A DNA stretch of 64,000 bases, taken from contig OZ241362.1 in NCBI GenBank assembly GCA_965200315.1, positions 5,280,001 to 5,344,000 of the forward strand, given 5' to 3'. The translations under genes were made by a program, and so were the position numbers. This document shows positions 18,929 through 28,214 of this stretch, piece by piece (positions within the stretch are counted from its first letter, which is position 1; each line of letters begins with the position of its first letter). The notes below the pieces were generated by a model, which saw nothing but the letters and a program-made list of their open reading frames with translations, ran no database searches and had not been told where the DNA came from. Source of the DNA: Candidatus Latescibacterota bacterium. Lineage in GTDB: Bacteria > Latescibacterota > UBA2968 > UBA8231.

Positions 18929-19936
18929 TTAGGCACATAAGGGATGCGCTATTTGCTCGCGACGGAAGGGGACGTCGATCTGCCCGTCTTGGTTGAGAGT
19001 GGCCATTCTGGCTCGCGCTTCTAGCCACAGCCGGTGCCACTCGGCCGGATCGCGCAACTCACTGCTCGGATCGCGGCGGCTGCGCGCGACAAACCCGGGG
19101 AAGGCGATGCGCCCGGTGGGCTGGTCGGTGGGATTGTAGCGCAGGTCAAAGCTCCAGCGGACCTCGTTGCTGACGTTGGGATAGGAGCCGTGGACGGTCT
19201 GCTTGTGGACGAAGATGACATCGCCGCGCTCGACCGGCAGGGGAATGGCCTGATCGGCGGCGAAGAGTTTTTCCGGGACTTGCGCGGCTCCGGCAAACTG
19301 GGGCGCGTTGTCCATGTAGTTGGGGCAGTGCGGCAAAAGGCCGCTTTTGTGCGAGCCGGGCACGACCATCAGCGGCCCCTTCTCGATGGGGGTGGCTTGC
19401 AGCGAGAACCACACCGTCAGCATCTGCGTGTCGTCCGCCTCCTCGGTTACGACGCCGTGGTCTTGGTGCCACTGGGTCGCGCCGAGGATGGGGTTGCCGT
19501 ATTGGTTTTTGGGCAGGTAGCACTCGGGTGGTTTTATGCGCACGTGCTGGACGGGATTGGAATAGATTTCCGGGCCAATCAGCGACTCGACGACGTCGAG
19601 CAGGTTCGGGTCCGTGAAGGCGCGGAAGACGGCCGGCCCGGCCCAAAAAGGCGTGTCGGGTTGGACGTTTTGAAAGGGCAGCGAGAAGTCGAAGTACTGG
19701 CTGTGGACGCGGCCGGTTTCAACGCAAATCTGGATGTAGCGGTCGCCAAACTCGAGCGCTTCGTAGCGCGAGGTGATTTCGCCTTGCGCGTAGAGCTGAT
19801 CGGCCAAGCTGTCGAGGACGGTGGCGTATTCGTCGATGACCGGATCGAGCGCGGTGACCGGATCGAGCACGCCTTGGACGACGACATAGCCTTCGCTAGC
19901 AAAGTGGTCGAGTTGGCGGGGGGTGAGCGCGGGCAT
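18929..19936 (-). CDS. Phytanoyl-CoA dioxygenase (PhyH) family Fe/2OG dioxygenase
   Basis: WHQD, VPGSH, HGSxPN and RWSFDLRY motifs. Start MPALTP follows a GGAGG RBS. Confidence 0.9.
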   Translation of the reverse strand: MPALTPRQLDHFASEGYVVVQGVLDPVTALDPVIDEYATVLDSLADQLYAQGEITSRYEALEFGDRYIQICVETGRVHSQYFDFSLPFQNVQPDTPFWAGPAVFRAFTDPNLLDVVESLIGPEIYSNPVQHVRIKPPECYLPKNQYGNPILGATQWHQDHGVVTEEADDTQMLTVWFSLQATPIEKGPLMVVPGSHKSGLLPHCPNYMDNAPQFAGAAQVPEKLFAADQAIPLPVERGDVIFVHKQTVHGSYPNVSNEVRWSFDLRYNPTDQPTGRIAFPGFVARSRRDPSSELRDPAEWHRLWLEARARMATLNQDGQIDVPFRREQIAHPLCA

Positions 19937-20113
19937 GGTTTTCCTCCGATGGGTGCGCTGTTGGTGGGCGACGCGTGTGTTTCTACAATAACAAGGGCAA
20001 TACTTAAGAGGCAAGCGCGGATTGGAGGAAGAAGTGCGATTCAATATACTATGATTCCGCGTCACTTGCGGTGGGTAACGCCAGCCGCGGCGACCGATGT
20101 CATAGAGGACACC

Positions 20114-22393
20114 ATGGCTTGCAAAGTATTTCTCCACGCCGCTATGCTCTGGCTAGCCGGTTCGCTAACCGCCGAACAACTCCGCTTTGACGCCGTTGAT
20201 GAGTGGCAGACGTGGCGCTTGCCGCTGGGGATTGTTGCACTCGACGACGCTGGAGTCATCCGCCCGGTCAAAATTCGCAAAAACCCCGATCCCGTACGCG
20301 ATGCCGCGGCCTTTGGCGGTGGGATTTACGCGGCTGGCTCCAATGCCCCAACTGCGGCGCGAGCCATTGACGGGGATCAGCTGACCGGCTGGAGTCCCAA
20401 CTTGACCGACGACTTAGACGATTGGTGGATCGAGATCGACTTGGGGCGAGCCGTGGCAGCGCGCAAAGTAGCGCTGACCTTTTTGGAGAGTGCGCCGCCG
20501 TGCGCACTGTTCGACGTGTTGCTTTCCACTGGGGAGCCAGCCATCGACGTGGTCGGCAATCCCATTGCAGGCAGCCTCGTGTACCGAGTGAAGGAACGCT
20601 TCAAGGAAAACCAGCGGCAGCAGGTTGCGCTGGAACTGGACCCGGTGCGCGATCCGTTTGTGCAATTTATCCGCGTCGAAATGCTCGACTGTGGAGCCGG
20701 GGCCGCGCTGGCCGAAGTAGAGGTCGAAGCCATCGGCGACAACCTCTCCTTGGATCTGGCCGCCAAAGGCGGAGACTTGGAAATCATCGTCGATATCGAC
20801 GGCTTTGGCGATGCTGCGTCGTTTGCCAACTCGCTGCCGCTGGCCGACGGCCGGTTTTCTCTGTGGACGGAAAACCGCCGCATCAACCGCCCGGTGGATG
20901 TGATTTCGCGCATGACCTTGGACTTGGGCGCGGTTTATTGGGTGGATTTGGTGCGCATCGTGGGGAATTTTTTGTCGCGGCCAGGGCAATTCCGCTTCAA
21001 CTTCGACCGCTACGAGGTGTTGACTGCGGATGGTTCGCTGGCGCCGGATGGTACGCGCATCTGGCATCGGCAATTCACCGGCCAGGCCACCCGGTCCAAC
21101 CGCCAACTCGGGATTGCCAATCACCACTTTGCGCCGATCAAGACGCGCTACGTGCGGATCGAATGGGTGTTTTGGGACGCGGCCTGCGCCGCCGCTTGCA
21201 CAGGCTGCGGCATTGTGCCGCCCTGTCAGTTTTGGGGTGGCACGCGCGAGTTACAGGTTTTTGGCGAGGGCTATCCGCAGCGGGTGCTGCTGGCCTCGCC
21301 TCTGATCGACCTCGGCGGCGATAAGCAGGTACACGCGATTCGCTGGCGAGCTGACGCGCCCGCTGGGACGCGGGTGGAGGTGCGCAGCCGCACGGGCAAT
21401 GACCTGCAAATGGACATCACCTATCACGACAAAAACGGCCGGGTTGTCACCGAGCGGAAGTACAACAAGCTCATTCCGTCCTTTAAGGGCCGGATCGACA
21501 CCGCGCTGTCGCCGGGGGCCAATTGGAGCCCGTGGAGCAAGCTGTACTTGCAGCCGGGCGAGCCGTTTGCGTCGCCTTCGCCGCGGCAATACGCCGAGTT
21601 GGATGTCGCCTTGGTATCCGAGCGGCCGGATGTGGGGGCGGCCTTAGGTTGGCTGGAGATCGAGTTCGGCGACCCAGTGGCGCAAGGAGTGGTGGGGGAG
21701 ATTTTCCCAGTCGAAGTGCAGCCTGGGGAGCGGACCGAGTTTGCCTATTACATTCGTCCTCAGCAGGTGGCAGGTCGCGGCTTTGCTCACTTGGAGGTGG
21801 AGAGTTCCGCGCCGATTGAGTTTGTCGAGGTGTTGGTGGAGGGCGAGGGGGTGGAGACGACGTCCACGCCGACGGAAGGGGGGGTGGCCATTGCCTTGGC
21901 CGCGCCGGTCAAGAGCCGCCAGCTAGTGGAATTGCGCTTTGCCGCAACCGTGTTTGTCGATGCCACGCGCTTTGATGCCTTTATCGCCCAAGGCCCGGCC
22001 GACGCGCTGCTGCGGCAGCGGGTGGATGTGGGCGACGCGTACTCAGAAGTTGTCAGCAGCACCAATGCCGTGCGCTTGCCCGTGGGAGCGCGGCTGTTGG
22101 CCAACGTGGCCATGGGGCCGCTGGCGTTGACGCCCAACGGCGACGGAGTCAACGACGCGCTGCGGGTGGAATTCGACTTGGTCAATGTCTTGGCCGCGCG
22201 GCGGATCGGCCTGCGGATTTTCGACTTGGCGGGGCGGTTGGTGTGGGTGCGGGAAGAGGAGGGCCGGGCTGGTGGTCGGGCTTGGGTATGGGATGGCCGG
22301 GGGGTCGCGCCCGGGCTGTACATGGCGGAATTGCGCGTCGAGGGCGATGAGAGAAGCTACAGCAAGCGGCGCGTGGTCGCCGTCGTTTATTAG
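20114..22393 (+). CDS. Exported tandem discoidin-like/FlgD-Ig protein (paralog type B)
   Basis: Start MACKVF after GAGGA; colinear with 6320..8647 (WWIEIDLGR, RSRTGN, WSPWS, TPNGDGVND, VVY). Confidence 0.87.
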   Translation: MACKVFLHAAMLWLAGSLTAEQLRFDAVDEWQTWRLPLGIVALDDAGVIRPVKIRKNPDPVRDAAAFGGGIYAAGSNAPTAARAIDGDQLTGWSPNLTDDLDDWWIEIDLGRAVAARKVALTFLESAPPCALFDVLLSTGEPAIDVVGNPIAGSLVYRVKERFKENQRQQVALELDPVRDPFVQFIRVEMLDCGAGAALAEVEVEAIGDNLSLDLAAKGGDLEIIVDIDGFGDAASFANSLPLADGRFSLWTENRRINRPVDVISRMTLDLGAVYWVDLVRIVGNFLSRPGQFRFNFDRYEVLTADGSLAPDGTRIWHRQFTGQATRSNRQLGIANHHFAPIKTRYVRIEWVFWDAACAAACTGCGIVPPCQFWGGTRELQVFGEGYPQRVLLASPLIDLGGDKQVHAIRWRADAPAGTRVEVRSRTGNDLQMDITYHDKNGRVVTERKYNKLIPSFKGRIDTALSPGANWSPWSKLYLQPGEPFASPSPRQYAELDVALVSERPDVGAALGWLEIEFGDPVAQGVVGEIFPVEVQPGERTEFAYYIRPQQVAGRGFAHLEVESSAPIEFVEVLVEGEGVETTSTPTEGGVAIALAAPVKSRQLVELRFAATVFVDATRFDAFIAQGPADALLRQRVDVGDAYSEVVSSTNAVRLPVGARLLANVAMGPLALTPNGDGVNDALRVEFDLVNVLAARRIGLRIFDLAGRLVWVREEEGRAGGRAWVWDGRGVAPGLYMAELRVEGDERSYSKRRVVAVVY

Positions 22394-22438
22394 ATTACCA
22401 ATCGCGCTCACTTTGAATATTTTAGAAAAGGAGGAACC

Positions 22439-23101
22439 ATGAGACTGATCCTCGTAGGTTGCGAATACGCCGGTAAGACGACCTTGGCCAACGCCATCGT
22501 CGGTTGGCTCGAGCGCACCTTTGGCTCGTCGCGCACCTTTCACGACCACTTCAGCCTGCCGTGCAACGAGTTCCCCGTAGAGGAGCAGGAGCAACTGCTG
22601 GCCCTCAGCCCGCGACTGAAGGAGATGTTCCAGCGCTACATGATGAACTACCACTTCCACGCCGCCTTCTACAGCGACCCGGACCACAACTTGGTGGGCT
22701 TCCACCTTGAAGAGGCCGTGTACGCGCCCTTGTACTACGGCTACGGGGGCCGCGGCGAGTACGCCGACCGCGCCGCCTTGGCGCGTACCTTCGACGAAGA
22801 GATCATGCAGTACGCGCCCGACACGGTGCTCGTGCTGCTGAGTGCGCGGCCCGAAGTCATTGCCCAGCGCATGCGCGAGCAGCCTCACGAGCGGCCGGTG
22901 GTGCAGGAAGAGGACATCGAGCACGTGTTGCAGCGCTTTGAGGAGGAATACCGCGACTCGCTCATCCGCAAGAAATTCGCCCTCGACACGTCCGACGCCA
23001 CGGTAGAGCAGACCTTGGCTGAGTTCGCAGGAGAAATCAAAAAGCACCTGAGCGAAGCCGACCGCTTGCGCCTGTTGGCCCACCAGAACTGGCCGAGTTA
23101 G
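22439..23101 (+). CDS. P-loop nucleotide-kinase-like protein (thymidylate kinase-like)
   Basis: N-terminal GCEYAGKTT, NMP-kinase-like size, AGGAGG RBS. Confidence 0.7.
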   Translation: MRLILVGCEYAGKTTLANAIVGWLERTFGSSRTFHDHFSLPCNEFPVEEQEQLLALSPRLKEMFQRYMMNYHFHAAFYSDPDHNLVGFHLEEAVYAPLYYGYGGRGEYADRAALARTFDEEIMQYAPDTVLVLLSARPEVIAQRMREQPHERPVVQEEDIEHVLQRFEEEYRDSLIRKKFALDTSDATVEQTLAEFAGEIKKHLSEADRLRLLAHQNWPS

Positions 23102-23104
23102 ACC

Positions 23105-24577
23105 ATGCCGCAGCCCTTTCTCGATTGGTATGGCGTATGGGCTGGCCAAGCTGGCATTGCAGGCGGCCAAGCTTGGGTGCAAGACCCGCCGGTGGGCGTC
23201 CGCTTAGCCGTGCAGGAGGCGCGCAAATCCCCGGTCTTCATCGCGCCGGAGCACCCTTGGGAAATGGGTGGCCTGACGCCGCAAGCGGTGCTTTGCGATG
23301 ATGGTGTGCTGAAGATGTGGTACATCGCCCGCGGCGCTGGGGACGACCAACCTCCCTTCATTGCGTATGCCGAGAGCGCGGACGGCTTTTGTTGGGAAAG
23401 ACCGGCCTTGTATTTGCAAGAGTACGACGGCAGCACGGCCAACAACCTGCTCTTCCGCTTCGGCGACTTTGGGCTGCAATCCGTGTTTGTGGATCCCGTG
23501 GCTCCGCCGGAGGCTCGTTACAAGGCCATGGCGCGCGATTCTATCACCTATCACGAAGGTGTGCCGGTGCCCGCCATGACGCGGGAGCGCAAGTGGGCCA
23601 TTCGCCGCGCTATGGCAGAGGCCGGCTACACGCCAGAGCAGCGGGCCGCCGCGCTGTATTTCGTCGGTTTGCTCAAAGGTGCGGTGTCGCCCGACGGCAA
23701 GCAGTGGGCCTTCTTGGAGGAGCCGCTTTTGAACGTGGGCCGCACGGGGCTCGACAGCCACAACATCGCCGCGTACGACGCCGAAGCGGGTCAATACGTG
23801 GCCTATTTGCGCGGCCATCAGCATCGCCGCCGCATCGTGCGCCGCACCGAGGGTGCGGAGTTCGGGAACTGGTCCCCGCCGCGCCCGGTATTCGCTACGG
23901 ATCCGCAAGACCCCATAGACGACGACGTGTACGCGGCGGGTTATTGCCGCTATCCCCACGGCGGTTTTCACCTGATGTTCCCAGCCATGTACCACCGCTG
24001 GACAGCCACGGTAGATGTGCAATTGGCGACTAGCCGCGACGGCTTGCTGTGGAGCCGACCCGAGCGCAAGCCCATCATCTCCCCCGAGCCGGAAGGGTAC
24101 GGCATGATGTTTGCCTTCCCGGAATTGGTCTCACTCGACTCGGAGACGTGGGGCGCGATGTTCTTTGGGCAGTACGACTTGCACGACTGGGGAGAGCGGT
24201 ATGATCCAGGCCGCCTTGGGGAATGGCGTTGGGCTACTTGGCAGCAGGATCGGCTGGTGGCTCTCGAAGCGCCGGTGGAGGGGCGCGTAACACTAGTTGA
24301 ACGCGCGTGCGTCGGCCGCGAGCTGATGCTCAATTTTCAGACGCAAAAAGAAGGCGGCTGGATCAAGGCCGAGCTGGTCGAGCCGCCCTCTTCGCCGGCC
24401 GCGCCGGTGCGGGCCATAGCGGGCTTTGGGTTAGCGGAGGCGGATGTGCTGGCCGGCGACGAGTTGGCTGGGGTGGCGACGTGGCGGGGCAGCAGCGATT
24501 TGTCGGCCTTGCGCGGTAGGCAGGTGGCCGTGCGCCTGCATCTGGCGCGGGCGAAGGTGTTTGCGGTGGGGATGTGA
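23105..24577 (+). CDS. Glycoside-hydrolase-like five-bladed beta-propeller protein
   Basis: YAESADGFCWERP, SPDGKQW, LATSRDGLLWSR and C-terminal LSALRGRQV, typical of GH32/43/130-like propellers. Confidence 0.6.
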   Translation: MPQPFLDWYGVWAGQAGIAGGQAWVQDPPVGVRLAVQEARKSPVFIAPEHPWEMGGLTPQAVLCDDGVLKMWYIARGAGDDQPPFIAYAESADGFCWERPALYLQEYDGSTANNLLFRFGDFGLQSVFVDPVAPPEARYKAMARDSITYHEGVPVPAMTRERKWAIRRAMAEAGYTPEQRAAALYFVGLLKGAVSPDGKQWAFLEEPLLNVGRTGLDSHNIAAYDAEAGQYVAYLRGHQHRRRIVRRTEGAEFGNWSPPRPVFATDPQDPIDDDVYAAGYCRYPHGGFHLMFPAMYHRWTATVDVQLATSRDGLLWSRPERKPIISPEPEGYGMMFAFPELVSLDSETWGAMFFGQYDLHDWGERYDPGRLGEWRWATWQQDRLVALEAPVEGRVTLVERACVGRELMLNFQTQKEGGWIKAELVEPPSSPAAPVRAIAGFGLAEADVLAGDELAGVATWRGSSDLSALRGRQVAVRLHLARAKVFAVGM

Positions 24578-24630
24578 GGGGATGGACGCCAATCCGACCT
24601 CGGGCGAGAGATTTGCGCCTTTGCCATTTT

Positions 24631-24652
24631 TGTATATCCTTATTGTATATCC
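24631..24652 (+). promoter_or_regulatory. Putative vapBC operator (two TGTATATCC boxes)
   Basis: TGTATATCC at 24631-24639 and 24644-24652 in the AT-rich region directly upstream of vapB. Confidence 0.5.
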
Positions 24653-24677
24653 AATTAAATTAAAGCGAGGTCATAGT

Positions 24678-24914
24678 ATGGCGACGGCCCACACGAAAGT
24701 TTTTATGAGCAACAAGAGCCAAGCGGTGCGGCTGCCTAAGGCCGTTGAACTGCCGGAATCAGTGCGCGAGGTCGATATCGTCGCGATAGGGTCAAAGCGC
24801 GTTATCACACCTGCTGGCGAGAGTTGGGATGAGTGGTTCAACGGCCCCGGTGTTTCAGATGATTTCATGTCGGTAAGGGAACAGCCGGCCGATGCACGGC
24901 GGGAAAAACTGTGA
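24678..24914 (+). CDS. vapB: VapB antitoxin (AbrB/SpoVT fold)
   Basis: TKVFMSNKSQAVRLPKAV...ITP...SWDEWF...SDDFM. Confidence 0.93.
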   Translation: MATAHTKVFMSNKSQAVRLPKAVELPESVREVDIVAIGSKRVITPAGESWDEWFNGPGVSDDFMSVREQPADARREKL

Positions 24915-25315
24915 TGCTCAGGTATCTGTTAGATACCAATGTGGTAATTTATGCCATCAAGAACCGCCCCCAATCGCTGCGGCAAAAATTCAATCGGTCG
25001 CAAGGTCAGATGGCGATTTCTTCCGTAACTTGGGGCGAACTTGTCTATGGCGTTGAACGCTCCGCCCAGCCCGAGCGCAATTTGGCGGATATTGAATCGC
25101 TGGGCACTAGGCTTGAGATCATGCCGTTTGACCAAGTTGCAGCCAGCCATTTTGGTCGAATCCGTGCAGAACTGTATCGCATTGGTGCTCCGATTGGCCC
25201 CTATGATATGATGATCGCGGGTCAGGCGCGTGCGTCCGGGCTGGTTTTGGTGAGCAATAATGTAAAAGAGTTTGAAAAAGTTCCGGGGCTCATGCTGGAA
25301 AACTGGGTTCACTGA
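24914..25315 (+). CDS. vapC: VapC PIN-domain RNase toxin
   Basis: YLLDTN, SSVTWGELVYG, IGPYDMMIAGQA, LVSNNVKEF; TGATG overlap with vapB. Confidence 0.95.
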   Translation: MLRYLLDTNVVIYAIKNRPQSLRQKFNRSQGQMAISSVTWGELVYGVERSAQPERNLADIESLGTRLEIMPFDQVAASHFGRIRAELYRIGAPIGPYDMMIAGQARASGLVLVSNNVKEFEKVPGLMLENWVH

Positions 25316-25351
25316 TTCGTCCAGCAAATCACCGCTTGCTATGGGATAAGT

Positions 25352-27451
25352 ATGTCGCAACTCGAACACATTGAAGCTATTGAAAGACGGCTCTGGAGCG
25401 CGGCAGATACTCTGCGTGCCAACTCTAGCCATGCCAGCAACGAATACTTCCTGCCGGTAATGGGACTGGTTTTCCTGCGCCACGCCTACAGCCGCTATTT
25501 GGCAGTAAAGGACGACATAGAAGCCAACTTACCTACTCGCGGTGGCGTGAAACGGGTGCTGATCAAGGAGGATTTCTCCCAGCAGAGCGCTATCTTCCTC
25601 CGGCCCGGGGCCCAGTTCGACTATCTTGTCGCCTTACCCGACGGCGCGGACCGGGCCGGAGCGATCATCGCGGCTATGGAGTCTATTGAGAACGACTACG
25701 ACAGCCTGCGCGGCGTCCTGCCCAAGAGCGAATATCGGGAATTGGACAGTGCTGTACTCGGCCAGCTCCTGCGCACGCTCAATCCGGACGAGTTGAAGCA
25801 GGTCTCCGGCGATGTATTCGGTCGCATCTACGAGTACTTCCTGACGCAGTTCGCCGATCAGAAGGCTCACGATGGCGGGGAATTCTTCACGCCTGTGTCG
25901 CTGGTGTCGCTGATTGCCCATGTGCTCGATCCGCAGCGCGGCACTGTGTTGGACCCGGCGTGTGGCTCCGGTGGTATGTTCGTGCAGAGCGCCCGCACTG
26001 TGGAGGAGCACGGCCAGAGCCCCACTGAGCGGCTCACTTTTCGCGGCTTGGAGAAAAACGCCACCACCATCCACCTCGCCAAGATGAACCTCGCCGTCCA
26101 CGGCCTTGAAGGCGACATTCAGCAGGCCATCACGTACTACGAGGATCCGCACGAACTGGTGGGGCAGGCCGACTATGTCATAGCCAATCCTCCCTTCAAT
26201 GTGGACGAGATTGACGCCGACAAGGTGAAGGTTGATCCGCGCTTGCCGTTTGGCCTACCTGGTGTCAACAAGCAGGGCAAGGTCAGCAACGGCAACTACG
26301 TCTGGATTAGCTACTTCTACAGCTATCTGAAAGAGCGGGGGCGGGCTGGCTTTGTGATGTCGTCGCAGGCGTCTAGTGCTGGTCGCGGCGAGGCGCAGGT
26401 GCGGCGGAAGCTGGTGGAGAGTGGTGATGTGGATGCGATGATCGCCATCCGCAGCAACTTCTTCTATACCCGCACCGTGCCGTGTGAGTTATGGTTTTTT
26501 AACCGTGCCAAGCCGGAGGCGCACCGTGACAAGGTGCTGATGATCGACGCGCGCAATGTGTATCGCCAAGTGACGCGCAAGATCTGCGACTTTAGCTCCG
26601 AACAGCAGCAGAATTTGCTGGCTATCGTCTGGCTCTATCGGGGCGAGAGCGAGCGTTTTGTCGATCTGGTGTCGAGCTACTGCGACCGCGTTCTCGACGA
26701 GGGGAAGGGGGCCTTCAGCGCCGAGAGTGAACGGGGCCTGCCGAATTTTCTAGCCTCGCTCAACAGCTTGCGGGATGCGCTGGTTCCTTTTCTCGATACG
26801 CTTGGTGCAGAAGATGCCCATGCCGAGGCGTCCGAGAAATTGACGGACGCCCTGCGCGACTTTGAGGCTGATGGGGACGCTTTCCAAAAGGCGGTTGTCG
26901 CGCAGGGGGAGGCTTGGGCTGGGCAGGAAATTGATAGCGGCACGATGAAAACAAGGGTTGACGGCCTTGCTTCGCTGGCCGAGAGCAGCCGCGATCTTGC
27001 CGGACAGGCCGAACACCTGTACAAGCTGGCTGCTCGTCTCATCGAGATTTGCGAGGAGGAGTGTGATGCCAAGTCCAGCGTCTTCTATGACGCCCGTGGT
27101 GTCACCCGCGCCCGCAGAGATGCCGACGAGGCTCGCCAGCGAGCTGTTGAGCAACTCAAGCAGGTGCGCTACTTCTATCAGCAGGCCCACTGGCTCACCG
27201 AGCGCTTTCCAGACGCTGAGCTGCGCAATGTGGAGGGGCTAGTTAAGCTGGTGGATTGCGCTGAGATTGAGGCCAACGACTGGAGCTTGACTCCGGGCCG
27301 CTATGTGGGGGTCGCGCCCGAGGACGAGGACGAGGATTTCGACTTCAGGGAGGCCCTGCGCGAAATTCACGAGGAACTGGATGAGCTGAACGCAGAGGCG
27401 GCGACGCTGGCGGCGACCATTAAGAAGAACTTCGAGGCGTTGGAGATATGA
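25352..27451 (+). CDS. hsdM: Type I R-M methyltransferase subunit (m6A)
   Basis: LWSAADTLRAN, GEFFTP, DPACGSGGMF, NPPF and WSLTPGRYVG motifs. Confidence 0.95.
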   Translation: MSQLEHIEAIERRLWSAADTLRANSSHASNEYFLPVMGLVFLRHAYSRYLAVKDDIEANLPTRGGVKRVLIKEDFSQQSAIFLRPGAQFDYLVALPDGADRAGAIIAAMESIENDYDSLRGVLPKSEYRELDSAVLGQLLRTLNPDELKQVSGDVFGRIYEYFLTQFADQKAHDGGEFFTPVSLVSLIAHVLDPQRGTVLDPACGSGGMFVQSARTVEEHGQSPTERLTFRGLEKNATTIHLAKMNLAVHGLEGDIQQAITYYEDPHELVGQADYVIANPPFNVDEIDADKVKVDPRLPFGLPGVNKQGKVSNGNYVWISYFYSYLKERGRAGFVMSSQASSAGRGEAQVRRKLVESGDVDAMIAIRSNFFYTRTVPCELWFFNRAKPEAHRDKVLMIDARNVYRQVTRKICDFSSEQQQNLLAIVWLYRGESERFVDLVSSYCDRVLDEGKGAFSAESERGLPNFLASLNSLRDALVPFLDTLGAEDAHAEASEKLTDALRDFEADGDAFQKAVVAQGEAWAGQEIDSGTMKTRVDGLASLAESSRDLAGQAEHLYKLAARLIEICEEECDAKSSVFYDARGVTRARRDADEARQRAVEQLKQVRYFYQQAHWLTERFPDAELRNVEGLVKLVDCAEIEANDWSLTPGRYVGVAPEDEDEDFDFREALREIHEELDELNAEAATLAATIKKNFEALEI

Positions 27452-27455
27452 GGAG

Positions 27456-27980
27456 ATGGACGCCGACCGGAAAATCATTATCATCGCCGGACCCAATGGC
27501 GCGGGAAAAACAACGTTCGCACAGGAGCATTTGCCACACGAAGCCGAATGTCCCGCCTTTGTCAACGCCGACCTGATCGCAGCGGGCCTGTCCCCCTTTC
27601 AGCCGGACGCCGCTCTTTTTCGCACCGGCCGGCTGATGTTGGAGGAAATCAAAAGTCATGTGCAGCAGCGAAGAAGTTTTGCCTTTGAAACTACCTTGTC
27701 TGGTATCGGCTATGCCAGAATGATCCCGCACTGGCGCAGCGACGGTTATACGGTCAAGCTGATATTTCTGGCACTGGCAACGCCGGAAGAAGCGATCAAA
27801 CGAGTTGAATTGCGCGTAAAGCAAGGCGGCCACCATGTTCCGCCGGATGTTATTAGCCGCCGCTTTGCGAGTGGGTTAAAGAATTTTCAGAATATGTACC
27901 GCCACATCGTCGATTATTGGCAGTGGTTCGACAATAGTGGCCGTATCCCCATATTGATTGATGAAGGAGAGAATCCATGA
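27456..27980 (+). CDS. Zeta-toxin-like P-loop kinase/ATPase
   Basis: AGPNGAGKTT, FVNADLIAAGLSPF, FAFETTLSG and RVKQGGH motifs. Confidence 0.85.
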   Translation: MDADRKIIIIAGPNGAGKTTFAQEHLPHEAECPAFVNADLIAAGLSPFQPDAALFRTGRLMLEEIKSHVQQRRSFAFETTLSGIGYARMIPHWRSDGYTVKLIFLALATPEEAIKRVELRVKQGGHHVPPDVISRRFASGLKNFQNMYRHIVDYWQWFDNSGRIPILIDEGENP

Positions 27981-28171
27981 AAGAGCCAAAGCAACCGATC
28001 CCCGTCTCTAAGCTTGACGATCCCGATATGCAGGCTGTCGCCAGTGCGTTATACCGGGCTTCTAGACGTGCTCATCTGATCGCGCATCAGACCGGGACTG
28101 GTGTTATCGTGATGCGCGATGGTGAGGTGGTGGAGATCGAGCCGGATCCGGAAATGTACGAGGGGCTGTGA
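27977..28171 (+). CDS. Small protein coupled to the zeta-like kinase (putative partner)
   Basis: ATGA overlap and AGGAG RBS; 64 aa ending ...RRAHLIAHQTGTGVIVMRDGEVV. Confidence 0.7.
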   Translation: MKEPKQPIPVSKLDDPDMQAVASALYRASRRAHLIAHQTGTGVIVMRDGEVVEIEPDPEMYEGL

Positions 28172-28214
28172 AATGGATATACTCGCGTTGTTTTCTCAAT
28201 AAGGGGTTGATACT

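Noticed and set aside
19034-20113. 1119-aa ORF with a long N-terminal extension
   Set aside because: The extension is the antisense shadow of the PhyH gene. The RBS, signal peptide and paralog alignment place the start at 20114.
21185-21208. CxxxCxxC as a radical SAM motif
   Set aside because: It lies mid-protein in an exported beta-rich protein with no radical SAM barrel context.
22043-23182. Long antisense ORFs (22043..23182, 16910..18046, 33707..34558, 62757..63551 and similar)
   Set aside because: They overlap well-supported genes on the opposite strand or frame and lack motifs, as expected in high-GC DNA.
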